A DNA stretch of 64,000 bases from Octopus sinensis (lineage: Eukaryota). Location of the stretch: positions 59,148,001-59,212,000 of the forward strand of contig NC_043006.1 of assembly GCF_006345805.1 (NCBI RefSeq), given 5' to 3'. The notes beneath the pieces are model-generated. The model was not told where the DNA came from and searched no databases. It saw only the letters and a program-made list of their open reading frames with translations. This document shows positions 13,053 to 24,566 of this stretch, one piece after another. Numbering within the stretch: the first letter of the stretch is position 1; every line of letters starts with the position of its first letter. Position numbers and translations under genes: made by a program.

Positions 13053-13252
13053 GGGAAAGTTTACGAAAAAAAACAAAAGACGAAGGCAGGTGGTGTACAA
13101 AACAAACAGATGTATCAGTATAACGCTCAGGAATAGAAAAAGTCTTTTACGTTTCGAGCCTACGCTCTTCTACAGAAAAGGACACAGCAAAATCAAGGAG
13201 AGAAACAAGGAGAGAAAAAATGTGTGTAGTGGCTAACGATCTATCATGGCGA
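13031..13252 (-). mobile_element. ~220-bp (TA)n-embedded repeat with HHR-like motif (same family as 23172-23371)
   Basis: Same termini (gccatgatagatcg ... aaactYtccc-TA) as the plus-strand copy at 23172. Confidence 0.75.
13144..13179 (-). ncRNA. Minimal type-I hammerhead-like motif, variant core CUGUAGA(A)
   Basis: UUUU-CUGUAGA-A-GAGC(GUAG)GCUC-GAAA-CG-U-A-AAAG; palindromic ACGU helix III; A6 to U. Confidence 0.5.
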
Positions 13253-13292
13253 CTGATATATATATATATATATAATATATATATATATATAT

Positions 13293-13880
13293 AAAATCAA
13301 AATAAGCAACAAGAAGTGATGCAGTACCACCGTTTCAAGCGACTCCATTTAATTGAACAATGCAATCATTACATCAATTTAAATGCCGTGCTTTCATCAG
13401 CTGCACAAATAAATAGAATTTTAACCAGTTGGATACATTAATATAATTTTTCTCAAATACTTTAACAGAGGAAGAACATGAAAGAAATTTATGTTGTCGC
13501 TATTGTAGCTAAGAATAGACTACACTTTCGAAAATGGCATGAAGCCCACAGGGGTAATAGCTTGTAAAGAATTGTGGATCATTTCCACTTTATTTGTCTT
13601 TTTTTATCAACTACTAAATCTCAGACTAGAGGACTGCGTCTGTTTAGAATGAAGGGCAAGATTGAGTTGACAGCTCTTGGCTAGGTATGGTCATAAATAC
13701 TGTCCTATGTATCCTTCTTCCTTAGTGACGGAAGAAGACATTAAGAGTAGTATATTGGATACAGAGTAACTTATCTGTTGCTTATTTTGATATAATTCAC
13801 CTTACTTCGAGCTGTGCAGGTAATACTGGACTGACTTGGTGCTTCAACTTAAGTAGCTAATTCAACTCAATTATTTCTTT
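13293..13880 (-). mobile_element. Decayed Penelope-like element 3' fragment (tentative) embedded in (TA)n
   Basis: Canonical HHR near its 3' end; weak GYIGQ motif (GIY-YIG-like) on the same strand; 16-bp inverted repeat 13296-13311/13776-13791. Confidence 0.4.
13319..13406 (-). ncRNA. Type-I hammerhead ribozyme, canonical core
   Basis: GUGCAG-CUGAUGA-AAGC...GCUU-GAAA-C(GGUG)G-U-A-CUGCAU: 6-bp helix I, long helix II hairpin, GUA cleavage triplet (A at 13325). Confidence 0.75.
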
Positions 13881-13901
13881 TATATATATATAATATATAT
13901 A

Positions 13902-13979
<78 letters not shown>

Positions 13980-14016
13980 ATATATATTATATATATATAT
14001 ATTATATATATATATA

Positions 14017-14499
14017 TAAACAAAGATAAATGCGATACAATAAAATAATTATAATCGCCGGTGTACCAGTACACGCCATATATTATTAATATATCATTAC
14101 ATTCAAGGCGAAGAGTGCACTAGATACACAATAGCTGGATAAATTTAGTGAGATGAAAATTAAAAACTTTTACAAACTTAGCTTTTCTTATACTGCAGTT
14201 TCGCCAAATTCAGTAATAAAAATAATATTTATTTACTCAGGCTGGCTCTTCAGTAAGATTCCTGTTAATGATGGGAAGACCATATCAATAGACCCATGTG
14301 CGTCTATCGAAATGCTCTTTCTAAACTATTGAAAACACTGCGCAGACTCAGAACAAACCCGACAAAATAGGGGATTGTGGTATATCGTCTAACGGTCAGA
14401 AATTTATCGAGAGAATATGTAAACAAAGATAAATACGATACAATAAAATTAATTATAATCGCCGGTGTACCAGTACACGCCATATATTATTCATATATC

Positions 14500-14501
<2 letters not shown>
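14017..14501 (-). mobile_element. Retrozyme-like element: ~403-nt unit plus 81-nt terminal redundancy, flanked by (TA)n
   Basis: Direct repeats 14017-14097 and 14420-14501 (3 differences); the whole unit aligns with 28434-29010. Confidence 0.75.
14186..14258 (-). ncRNA. Type-I hammerhead ribozyme, canonical core
   Basis: UCUUA-CUGAAGA-GCCAG...UUGGC-GAAA-CUGCAG-U-A-UAAGA; helix III is the palindrome ACUGCAGU; predicted cut after 14191. Confidence 0.8.
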
Positions 14502-14532
<31 letters not shown>

Positions 14533-14695
14533 CATACATATATATATACATATATATATCGGTACATTAAAACACATTAAGAGGCTCGAATTAGGAAAAC
14601 CTTGTGCTAGAAAGAGCAGTGCCACTGGTAATAATAATTTCTATAATTCTTATTACCCTAATATTATTTATTTATCATGTATATATATATATATA

Positions 14696-14745
<50 letters not shown>

Positions 14746-14834
14746 TATATATACATATATACATACATACATACATACATACATACATACATACATACAC
14801 ACATACATACATATATATGTGTGCGTGTGTGTAC

Positions 14835-14866
<32 letters not shown>

Positions 14867-14869
<3 letters not shown>

Positions 14870-16089
14870 GCGTTGGCCAAAATAATGGAAACACCTAGCA
14901 TCATAGCATCATAATTTTGAAATATCTATATAACTGTCAAAAATTTGTTTGATTTATCATTAGTGTTGCTTAATATGTTTTGCTAATATTGCTGTTTCTT
15001 TTCAGATATCATCAGAAAAAGTAATTAAAATTCATTAAAATGACAAATCTAATGGAATTTCAGGGAGCTCAAATTGTTGGTGCTCGTATGGCAGGCGCCA
15101 GCGTAACGAAAACAGCCCAAATGTCTGGTGTATCAAGAAGTATTGTCTCGAAAGTAATAACAGCTTTTGAGAAAAATGGAAAAACCTCCTCGTCGAAACA
15201 AAACTCCGGAAGGCAACTAAAGCTTTCAGATAGGGACCGTCGGACTCCTATGCGAATTGTTAGAAAGGATCACAAAATTACAGCTCCTAAAATTACTGTA
15301 GACCTTAATGACCACCTCAAGAAATCAATTCTCACAAAAACTGTTTGCCCATGGGAGGGTTGCAATCATAAAACCACTACTTTCAAAAACAAACGTTGCA
15401 AAGCGTTTAGAGTGGAGTAAAATCCTACAGAATTGGTCCTAAGAGCAGTGGAAGAATTTTATTTTCTCGGACGAGTCATCCTTTACCTTATTTCCGAACA
15501 CCCGCCGAGTATACATGTGGAGACAGCCAAAAAAAGCATTTGACCCAGACTGCTTTTTTCAACTGTTAAACACGGAGGATCTGTGATGATCTGAGGGCTT
15601 ATATCTTGGAAATTTGCCGGCCCAATGGTTTCCCTTCATGGCAGGATTAATAATCAAGACTATTTAAGCATTCTATCTTATCAAATTCATCGAATGGTTG
15701 CAGAACTGTTTCCGGATGGAAACACAATTTTTCAGGATGATATTGCACCAATTCACACAGCTAAAGTTGTTATAGAATGGCACGAGGAATATTCTAGTGA
15801 AGTTGAATATCTTATCTGGCTACCACAGTTCGCAGATCTCAATTTTATTGAACATTTATGGTGTATTTTAGAAAAACAAGTAAGGAGTCGATATCCTCCT
15901 TCCTCATCACTACAAGAACTGCTTTAGCTGAAAAATGAACAAAAAATCCTTTGGAAAAAATTAAAACTTTGTACGATTTCATACTTCGTAGAATTCAAGC
16001 TGTAGTTACTACCAAACGTGGTCGTACCCCCCATATTGAAATAAATTTGTTTGAAATTTTAAGGCGTTTCCATTATTTTGTGCAACCCC
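14867..16089 (+). mobile_element. Tc1-like DNA transposon (DD34E), decayed
   Basis: TIRs cgttggccaaaataatggaaacacct / aggcgtttccattattttgtgcaacccc; flanked by TA arrays. Confidence 0.85.
15040..16049 (+). pseudogene. Tc1 transposase pseudogene
   Basis: HTH start QIVGARMAGASV, FSDESSF, FQDDIAPIH and DLNFIEHLW; several stops and frameshifts. Confidence 0.85.
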
Positions 16090-16103
16090 TATATATATAA
16101 ATA

Positions 16104-16186
<83 letters not shown>

Positions 16187-16269
16187 CATAGATAAATTTC
16201 CTCTATTTACATAATATTATGGTCTCTTTCTTTCTTTTTGTTATCTTACCGTTTTACCAATATATATAT

Positions 16270-16392
<123 letters not shown>

Positions 16393-16398
16393 TGTATG

Positions 16399-16438
<40 letters not shown>

Positions 16439-16489
16439 CACACATATATTATGTATGTTTTATGTATGTATGTGTGTGTGCGTGCGTTT

Positions 16490-16710
16490 GTCTTTGTGTC
16501 TGTATGTGTGTATTAATTCGTGATTGTATTTGCTCTCATTAATTGACAACAGGTCTCCGTAACTTAGCGTTTCGGCAAAACGGAGGAGATAGTATAAGTA
16601 CTGGGCTTATCAATAAGTACCAGGGGTGATTTGTTCGACAAAACCCTTGAAAACGGTGCCTTCGCATCGCAACAGTTCAATGATTGAAACAAATAAAAAG
16701 AAATAGATTT
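16490..16710 (+). mobile_element. SINE type A 3' half, degenerate
   Basis: gtaacttagcgtttcggcaaaa...ataagtact...aatgattgaaacaaataaaaaga. Confidence 0.65.
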
Positions 16711-17229
16711 AAAAAACGGGATAGGCACAGCTGGATCCCCGTTGACCATAGTTCTACGCGATTAGGATCAACCTAGGGTTAATACATCAATAACAATAAC
16801 AGCAACAACAACCTTATCATTGTTATAATAGCTTGCAGCTACTGCACTGTTGGACTTTTGTTCGGAATGCAAAGCACATTTTGCTTTTAAATAATATATA
16901 TGAATACGTAGGGCCCATGTCATACTTCTCAAAGTTGTAATACTTCTTTTTCTGGGCTCATAAATCATGAATTATATTACGGATATATATATATATAAAT
17001 ATATAAAGATTATTTTCCTCGCCCTTTTTATATGTTATTGCTAGAGGGGTGATATAAATCATGATTTTGCAAGCAAATCCAAAATTATATTTACAACCCA
17101 CGCTTGGTGTGTGACAGTACAGAATTTGTTGTATCTCATTCAAACGATGTTCGATGTATTATTACATTGATCTATTCCATGTAGATCAGATTTATTCATC
17201 TTTGCTAACGCTGAAATTATACACGTTAC

Positions 17230-17438
17230 TGTAGATATGTGCATGAATGTATGTATGTATGCATGTATGTATGTATGTATGTATGTATGTATGTATGTAT
17301 GTATGTATGTGTGTATGTATGTATGTATATTGTATGTATGAATGTATGTATGTATGTATGTATGTATGTATGTATGTATGTATGTATGTATGTATGTATG
17401 TATGTATGCATGTACGTATGAATGTTGTTATATGTGTG

Positions 17439-17498
<60 letters not shown>

Positions 17499-17610
17499 CA
17501 TGTATGTATGTATGTATGCATGTATGTATGTATGTATGTATGTATGTATGTATGTATGAATGTATGTCTGTATGAATGTATGTATGTATGCATGTATGTA
17601 TGTATGTATG

Positions 17611-17644
<34 letters not shown>

Positions 17645-17907
17645 TGTATGCATGCATGTATATACGTATGAATGATGTGTTATATGCGTGTGTGTGTATA
17701 TATGTATATATGTATGCATGTATATATGCATGTATGCATGCATGTGTGTATGAATGTTGTGTTATATGTGTATATGTATTATGTAAGTATATATGTATGT
17801 AAGTATATATGTATGTATGTATGTATGAATGTATATATGTATGTATGTATGCATGTATGTATGTGTATGAATGTTGTGTTATATGTGTGTGTATGTATGT
17901 ATGTATG

Positions 17908-17941
<34 letters not shown>

Positions 17942-18060
17942 TGTATGCATGTATGTATGAATCTTGTGTTATACGTGTGTGTATGTATGTATGTAAGTAT
18001 GTATGTATGTATGTATGTGTGTATGTATGTGTGTATGGATGTTTGTACGTAGGTGAGTGC
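17230..18060. repeat. (TATG)n microsatellite, degenerate, ~830 bp
   Basis: Directly visible. Confidence 0.95.
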
Positions 18061-18169
18061 ATGTGTACGTAAGTGAGCGTGCGCGCGCGCAATGCGAACG
18101 TGTGTGTGTGTGTGTGTTTCTGTGTGTTGTGACAGTTGACATTTTTCATTCGCTATATGTTCTTGTAGT

Positions 18170-18227
18170 GAGGTGAAGATGATGATCGTAATCATGACGG
18201 TGATAAAGTAGCTCCAGTAGTAGTAGC

Positions 18228-18262
<35 letters not shown>

Positions 18263-18355
18263 AAGAAGGAGGAGGAGGAGAAGAAGAAGGAGATGAAGAA
18301 GGAGATGAAGAAGGAGAAGAAGTTGTAGTAGTAGTAGTAGTAGTAGTAGTAGTAA

Positions 18356-18414
<59 letters not shown>

Positions 18415-18683
18415 TAGTAGTAGTAGTAGTAGTGTAGTAGTAGTAGTAGGAGAAGAAGAAGAAGAAGAAGAAGAAGAAGAAGAAGAAGAAGAAGAAGAAG
18501 AAGAGAAGAAGAAGAAGAAGAAGAAGAAGAAGAAGAAGAAGAAACTCTGTTTTTACTGGAGAAGTAAACACATTAAGGCAACACCTGGAGAGGATTAATA
18601 TACATTATCAGTAAGATTGTTACGCAGCGCATTGCATTCATAGATCGAATTTTTATGCCAACCGACAGCGATGGTGGTGATGA

Positions 18684-18716
<33 letters not shown>

Positions 18717-18817
18717 TAATAATAATAATAATAATGTACTTCCAACTTGTCTCTTGAGGGTAACTGGGTGAGACTTGGAGCCAACTTGTACAAATGTAAA
18801 GCAAATGTCAAACATAA

Positions 18818-18885
<68 letters not shown>

Positions 18886-18893
18886 TAATAATG

Positions 18894-18938
<45 letters not shown>

Positions 18939-18958
18939 TAATAATAATAATAATAAAT
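18170..18958. repeat. Compound (GTA)n/(GAA)n/(GAT)n/(AAT)n microsatellites, with a degenerate SINE fragment between them
   Basis: Directly visible. Confidence 0.85.
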
Positions 18959-19470
18959 CCTCTGATGCAGTAACAGACAGTGGCTCTTATCGCTTCTGAT
19001 CTTAACTGATTGGAAGTGTTATCATGTACATTGTTTTGTCTTGGTATAAAAGATGGGCAGTTGTTTGACCATAACCAGTTGAGCATGTCCCTTAGTGGCT
19101 GACGATATGTGCATCTGTGATCACGAGCAGAAGTAGTGGGGGAACATCATAGCCGTGTGTTGAAAGGAATTCTTAGAGGTTTGGATAATTTACCTTTGGA
19201 AACATGGGTGGTTCGTTCTACATTCTTAAACAATCATTATTCAGGGACCTTTTGAGCGGGATGTGCTACTCGACCAGAAGAAAATTCCAACTGGGCCCCA
19301 CTTTCAAGGCCATGCGCTGTTTATCTTGATATGAGATCACCATGTCGCGCACATATGATTGTGATGCATATGCCTGCTGTATACTTATCAGGGGGTAGTC
19401 TGATGGGTATACTGGGCTTTGTATATTTTGCTCCAGGGTCACTTTGATGGCATGCACTGCTCTCTCACTC
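18959..19470 (+). mobile_element. AAT-embedded non-coding interspersed repeat, copy 2
   Basis: Homologous to 50-527; (AAT)n on both sides. Confidence 0.75.
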
Positions 19471-19514
<44 letters not shown>

Positions 19515-19520
19515 TAATAA

Positions 19521-19558
19521 TCCTTTCTATTATAGGCACAAGGCCTAAAATTTGAGGG
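19521..19558 (-). mobile_element. SINE type B 3' tail
   Basis: tcctttctattataggcacaaggcctaaaattt is the reverse complement of the 1-49 type tail. Confidence 0.6.
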
Positions 19559-19574
19559 TTTCACTGGTACTCAC

Positions 19575-19720
19575 TCAGCATTGTTTGGAACTGCACGAAT
19601 TCTTGGCAGGATTTTTGAAGTATGACCAGAAAACAAGTGTCCCCTTAATCTGCTGGCTGTGGACAGCTGACATTTTCCATGATAACCAGCAAAATAAGAG
19701 ACCGCAGAAAGTTCTTTCAG
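19575..19720 (+). mobile_element. 3' end remnant of an R4/Dong-type LINE
   Basis: Encodes LFGTARILGRIFEV*, the typical C-terminus of RLE-type ORFs, followed by a short 3' UTR. Confidence 0.5.
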
Positions 19721-21787
19721 TTTTTGTCTTGGTTATGAACTTTCTACCGAAGAAGTAACTTCGACCACGTTTGGAATTCTTACTGGCGGTGCAGCTACCA
19801 ATATGCTAGGATACCAACTTCCAAGAGTAGCTGTTTTGATGCAGGTTCTGTAACTATTCGCAGTCCCCTCTATCTATTTTACTGCCGTTCAAGTTCAGTG
19901 ACCTACAAAGCTCCCCACGTAGATCTTACAAAGACAAACGTAACAGCGGCGCCTCCTCTCTCCATCATCAGTTTCATTACTTTTAATTCTCTATCCACAT
20001 CTGAAAGATAACAAAACCTTTGATAAAAGTACATTGGTCACTCAGCTTGCAGCGATAAGCTTTAAACGTCTGCATGACGTCTGCTTCGATTTATGCAGTA
20101 CTATTATTCGAATAATTTTTGTTAGCCCAGCATGAATGATAGTAATACTGTTTAAATAGTCTATGTTGTACACCCTACCAATACATTAATACTGTGTAAA
20201 TGCTTTGTGTTACACATCACGTCAACACAATGTTATTATCTAAATAGTTTGTGCTATGTACTACACGGCTTCGGCACACCAAAATAATGCTGCTACATAG
20301 TTAGTGTGTATTATATAATACATCACAACATAGAACGTCTACATAGATAATTTGTATCAAAAACCAACCTCACCAACACATAGCTACTTTATGAATTGAA
20401 TTGCATATCACAGCATGCCCACACACTTCTACAATATAACTCGTGTATAATATATCTAACATTAATACGGTATTACTGCTTGAATAATTTCTGTCACATA
20501 CCGCACAACAGAACACAGTAGCACTGCTGAAACAGTTAGTGTTGCACACTACACCAGTTCAGTGATGTAGTTTAAAACATTTCTCTCGTTATCTCCAGAG
20601 TTTCCCTAGCAACTATTTATATTTTGAAAGTCATAAATACAGTTTTCTTTTTTTAAATATCGCACATAAATCTATGTCAGTTAACGTTTCGTGGATTACT
20701 TCTGTTTAGATAATCAAAGCCTAGTTGTGATTTATTTTAACAAGGATAACCATAAGATAGCTGAGTCAAATTTCCCACTTTCCTTCTGGTACATATGGCG
20801 CGAATAGAATATTTTAACCCCTACAGGCTGTCATTAATGGCTCAAGAATTCTATATTTTTCTTTAGAAAGCAAATATTGCCGACTTAGATTTTTACTGAA
20901 GCGTTTATGAAATATGTTTCCACTGACACTAACGCATATTCAAATGAATCTTGCAAAAGAAAGAATGTCACACACACACACACACACACACCACACACAC
21001 ACACACACGTAGTATTTCAATGATTAAAAAAATAGAGACCCAGTCCTCCTAGACTAATTTGAGGAAAAACTTTCATATAAAGGCCCGAATTACTCTGCCG
21101 TCTGCAAGACATCCAAAGTGTTCTTTTTCATTTTTATTTTATCTTACTGGGAAAAGCAGTGCCCATAACTCAAAGTAAACAGTAACACTTAGCCTGTAAC
21201 TCAATATAAGCGGTAACACTTAGTCTGAGGTCATCTGGGAACAAATAACCCGGCATGATATGGTTCTCATTTCTCACGAACTCCTGCATCATTCGGGGCA
21301 ACAGGAATTCGATCTGAAATTTCAAATCCATTGATGTGTATGGCAGATTAAGGTTAACCGTACGAAGACGTTAGGCACGGAGAAATAATCCGGTTTATCA
21401 CCAGAGTATTTAAGTTCACATATAACAGATTCATCACGCTTCTATTACAAGTATGTTCTGGTTTACTGAGTAATTCGCATTTGAGTAGGACCCCTACCCA
21501 AATAATGTCCCTCTCTCTCTCTCTCTCTCTCTCTCTCCACACTCTCTGTCTCTGTCTGTCTCTCTCTCTCTCTCTCTAGCTATCTATCTGTCTATCATCT
21601 GCGTATATTTATATCTAAATGTAGGTATAGCTTTTACCTTGTACTTTTATTGCAGTCATGCTGTGGAACAATAATGAAGGGTTTACTCGACCACAGTTCT
21701 CATTCTGTCGGTCTCTTTTTGCCCAACCGATGTGGTGGAGCAAGCACAAGCACAAAAATACATATATATAATATATGTTTGTATGTA

Positions 21788-23096
21788 CGAGGGACGCTCA
21801 ATAAGTAATGCCCCTGACCCACTTGCAGTTGTTTGATCTAGCTGAAATTTTGCATGTGCAATTATTCATATCTCTACATATTAAGTAGTAAATTACAGCT
21901 CTGTGCTAATTGTGGTTTCTGTACTAATTGTGGTTTCTGATTTATAGGTGTTTGAACTGAATCAAGTGTGAAATGGAGCCTGTTAAGTGTCGAGCAGTGA
22001 TCCAGTTTTTGTATTTGAAAGGACGCACACCACGGGAGACTTTTGATGAAATGAAAGTAACTTTTGGTGATGATGCCCCACCATGTGACCTTGTAAAACG
22101 CTGGCATCATGAATTCAAACATGGTCGGAACTCTGTGGAAACAGCTCCCAGATCTGGTCGCCCCCCTTCTGCCATTGATGAGGCATTTGTCCGTAAAGTT
22201 GAGGCTGCCATTTTGGAAGATCGACGCATAACTATTCGCCAAATAGCCCATGAGGTCAAGATTAGTACCGGGTCTGTGGAAACTATCATTCATGACCATT
22301 TGCATATGCAAAAGGTGTCTGCCAGATGGATTCCCAAGTTGCTCACACCTTTCCAGAAGCAAGAACGCGTCGAGTGCTCGAGGATGAATTTGGAGATGTG
22401 CCAAGAAGATGAGTCAAACTTTTTCAAAAGACTAATTATACAGGATGAAGCCTGGGTCCATCACTATGATCCAGAGACCAAATCCCAGTCAATGCAGTGG
22501 AAGCACCGTGACTCACCACCTCCAAAGAAGGCAAGGGTGCAGCCCTCCGCTGGCAAGGTCATGCTCACAGTCTTCTGGGACCAGGACGGAGTAGTGATGA
22601 CAGATTTCCTGGCAAAGGGTACCACAATTACAGGAGCCTGTTATGCTTCACTTTTGAGGAAATTAAGAGAAGCTATCAAAATCAAGAGGCGGGGCAAGAT
22701 CAGCAAAGGCATCCTCCTCCTTCAGGACAACGCTCCGGTCCACAACTCGCGTGTCGCCAGATCAGAAGCACAGGCGTGCGACTATGAACTCCTCCCCATC
22801 CCCTTACTCTCCTGACCTTGCACCCTCTCATTTTCACCTCTTCCCAGCCATGAAGTTGTTTTTGAAAGGAAAGCGTTTCCCAGATGATGCAGCCTTGATT
22901 TCTGAAGTCACGTCGTGGTTGGAGGACCAAGCTGGGGTCTTCTACAAAAACGGTCTCCAGAGTTGCATCAAACGATGGGAGAAATGCGTAACTCTGGGTG
23001 CTTCCTATGTAGAAAAGGAATAATAACTGTGCCAAGTTTCGTTGCTCTACTGTGATGGGAAGTGTGTCAGGGGCATTACTTATTGAACGCCCCTCG
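21788..23096 (+). mobile_element. Full-length mariner element (1309 bp), ~31-bp TIRs, TA TSD
   Basis: TA|CGAGGGACGCTCAATAAGTAATGCCCCTGAC ... GTCAGGGGCATTACTTATTGAACGCCCCTCG|TA. Confidence 0.92.
21973..23023 (+). pseudogene. mariner transposase, one net frameshift, third catalytic D replaced by H
   Basis: WIPKLL, QDEAWVH, QDNAPVH and YSPDLAPSHF; ORFs 21973-22815 and 22751-23023 join at two C-runs near 22790-22803. Confidence 0.9.
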
Positions 23097-23171
23097 TATG
23101 CATGCATGTATATTTATATGTATATATATACATATACATATATATATGTACATAATTATATATATATATAT

Positions 23172-23370
23172 ATTGCCATGATAGATCGTTCGCCACTACA
23201 CACATTTTTTCTCTCCTTGTTTCTCTCCTTGTTTTTTCTGTGCCCCTTTCTGTAGAAGAGCGTAGGCTCGAAACGTAAAAGACTTTTTCTACTCCTGAGC
23301 ATTATACTAATACATCTGTTTGTTTTGTACACAACTGTCTTCGTCTTTTGTTTTCCTCGTAAACTCTCCC

Positions 23371-23371
<1 letters not shown>
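23172..23371 (+). mobile_element. ~200-bp (TA)n-embedded repeat with HHR-like motif
   Basis: Homologous to 13031-13252 in opposite orientation. Confidence 0.75.
23246..23281 (+). ncRNA. Minimal type-I hammerhead-like motif, variant core CUGUAGA(A)
   Basis: CUUU-CUGUAGA-A-GAGC(GUAG)GCUC-GAAA-CG-U-A-AAAG. Confidence 0.5.
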
Positions 23372-23451
<80 letters not shown>

Positions 23452-23454
23452 TAT

Positions 23455-23600
23455 GAGGGCCTTTATTTTTTTTGTCTAACATATCCACACGCAAGCCTTC
23501 AGTCGGCCAGGGCTATAATAGAAGACACCCAAGATAGAACGCAGTGAGTCTGAGCCCGAACTATACAGTTTAGAAGCAAGCTTCTTACCACGCAGCCATG
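23455..23600 (-). mobile_element. SINE type A head
   Basis: tcggccagggctataatagaagacac...agcaagcttcttaccacgcagcc. Confidence 0.65.
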
Positions 23601-24034
23601 CCAGTATATGCTTGTATATTTTGTCTGCTACCTAATCTAAATGGCCTACTAGGTGGTGTAGCGTTAACATAAACATTTTAACGGCTTTTAAATGCTGTTG
23701 ACTAAATATTTATGCATGAATTGTGAAAGTAATGGGTAATGACTATTGTCTCTGTGTTGAGTGGACTTTTAAAATATAGCTTATCTCCTGGCTTATCTTT
23801 CTGACTTGGTTCTATACGTTGTGTTGTCAATCTCTTTTGATATCGGAGTTTTTCACCGATGTCATTGTTATATATATATTCTCAATACGATTTATTGACA
23901 GAAGAGTCTATAATGAAATCCTGCGGCATTTCATTGTCAAAATTTACACACATAGATACATACACACACATGTATATTTGTGTGTGTGTGTATATATTAT
24001 ATATATATATTATATATATATATATATGTACGTG

Positions 24035-24129
<95 letters not shown>

Positions 24130-24132
24130 GTG

Positions 24133-24180
<48 letters not shown>

Positions 24181-24419
24181 TATATACATATATATACATA
24201 CATATCTACGTGTATGTGTGTAAGTATGTATGTGTGTGTATATATATATATACACACACATTCAGTAATATATATATATACATACATACATACATACATA
24301 ACGTTTATTGTATCCTAAAGTTTCAGTTAATTTGAGTATATATTTTCGTTTTAATCATCCTCGTTGCTGTGGCTATATTACTGCTCAAACGTAGTGTCTG
24401 TATATATGTCGTTATTCAG

Positions 24420-24535
24420 TTTATTTCAAGATTTCTTGCCAATAGAGAAAGAACCGGTTTCTAACCTAGATCCAAGGCTCCTTCATTGGAATTTCAACAT
24501 CAACAACAGGGTATTTTTGTATGTATGTATGTAAC

Positions 24536-24566
<31 letters not shown>

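Noticed and set aside
14017-14501. Direct repeats as a CRISPR array or LTR retrotransposon
   Set aside because: Only two repeats, no spacers or cas genes, no TG..CA ends, PBS, PPT or TSD
18988-19010. ATCGCTTCT resembling the U2 snRNA 5' end
   Set aside because: Only 9 nt; the following sequence does not match U2
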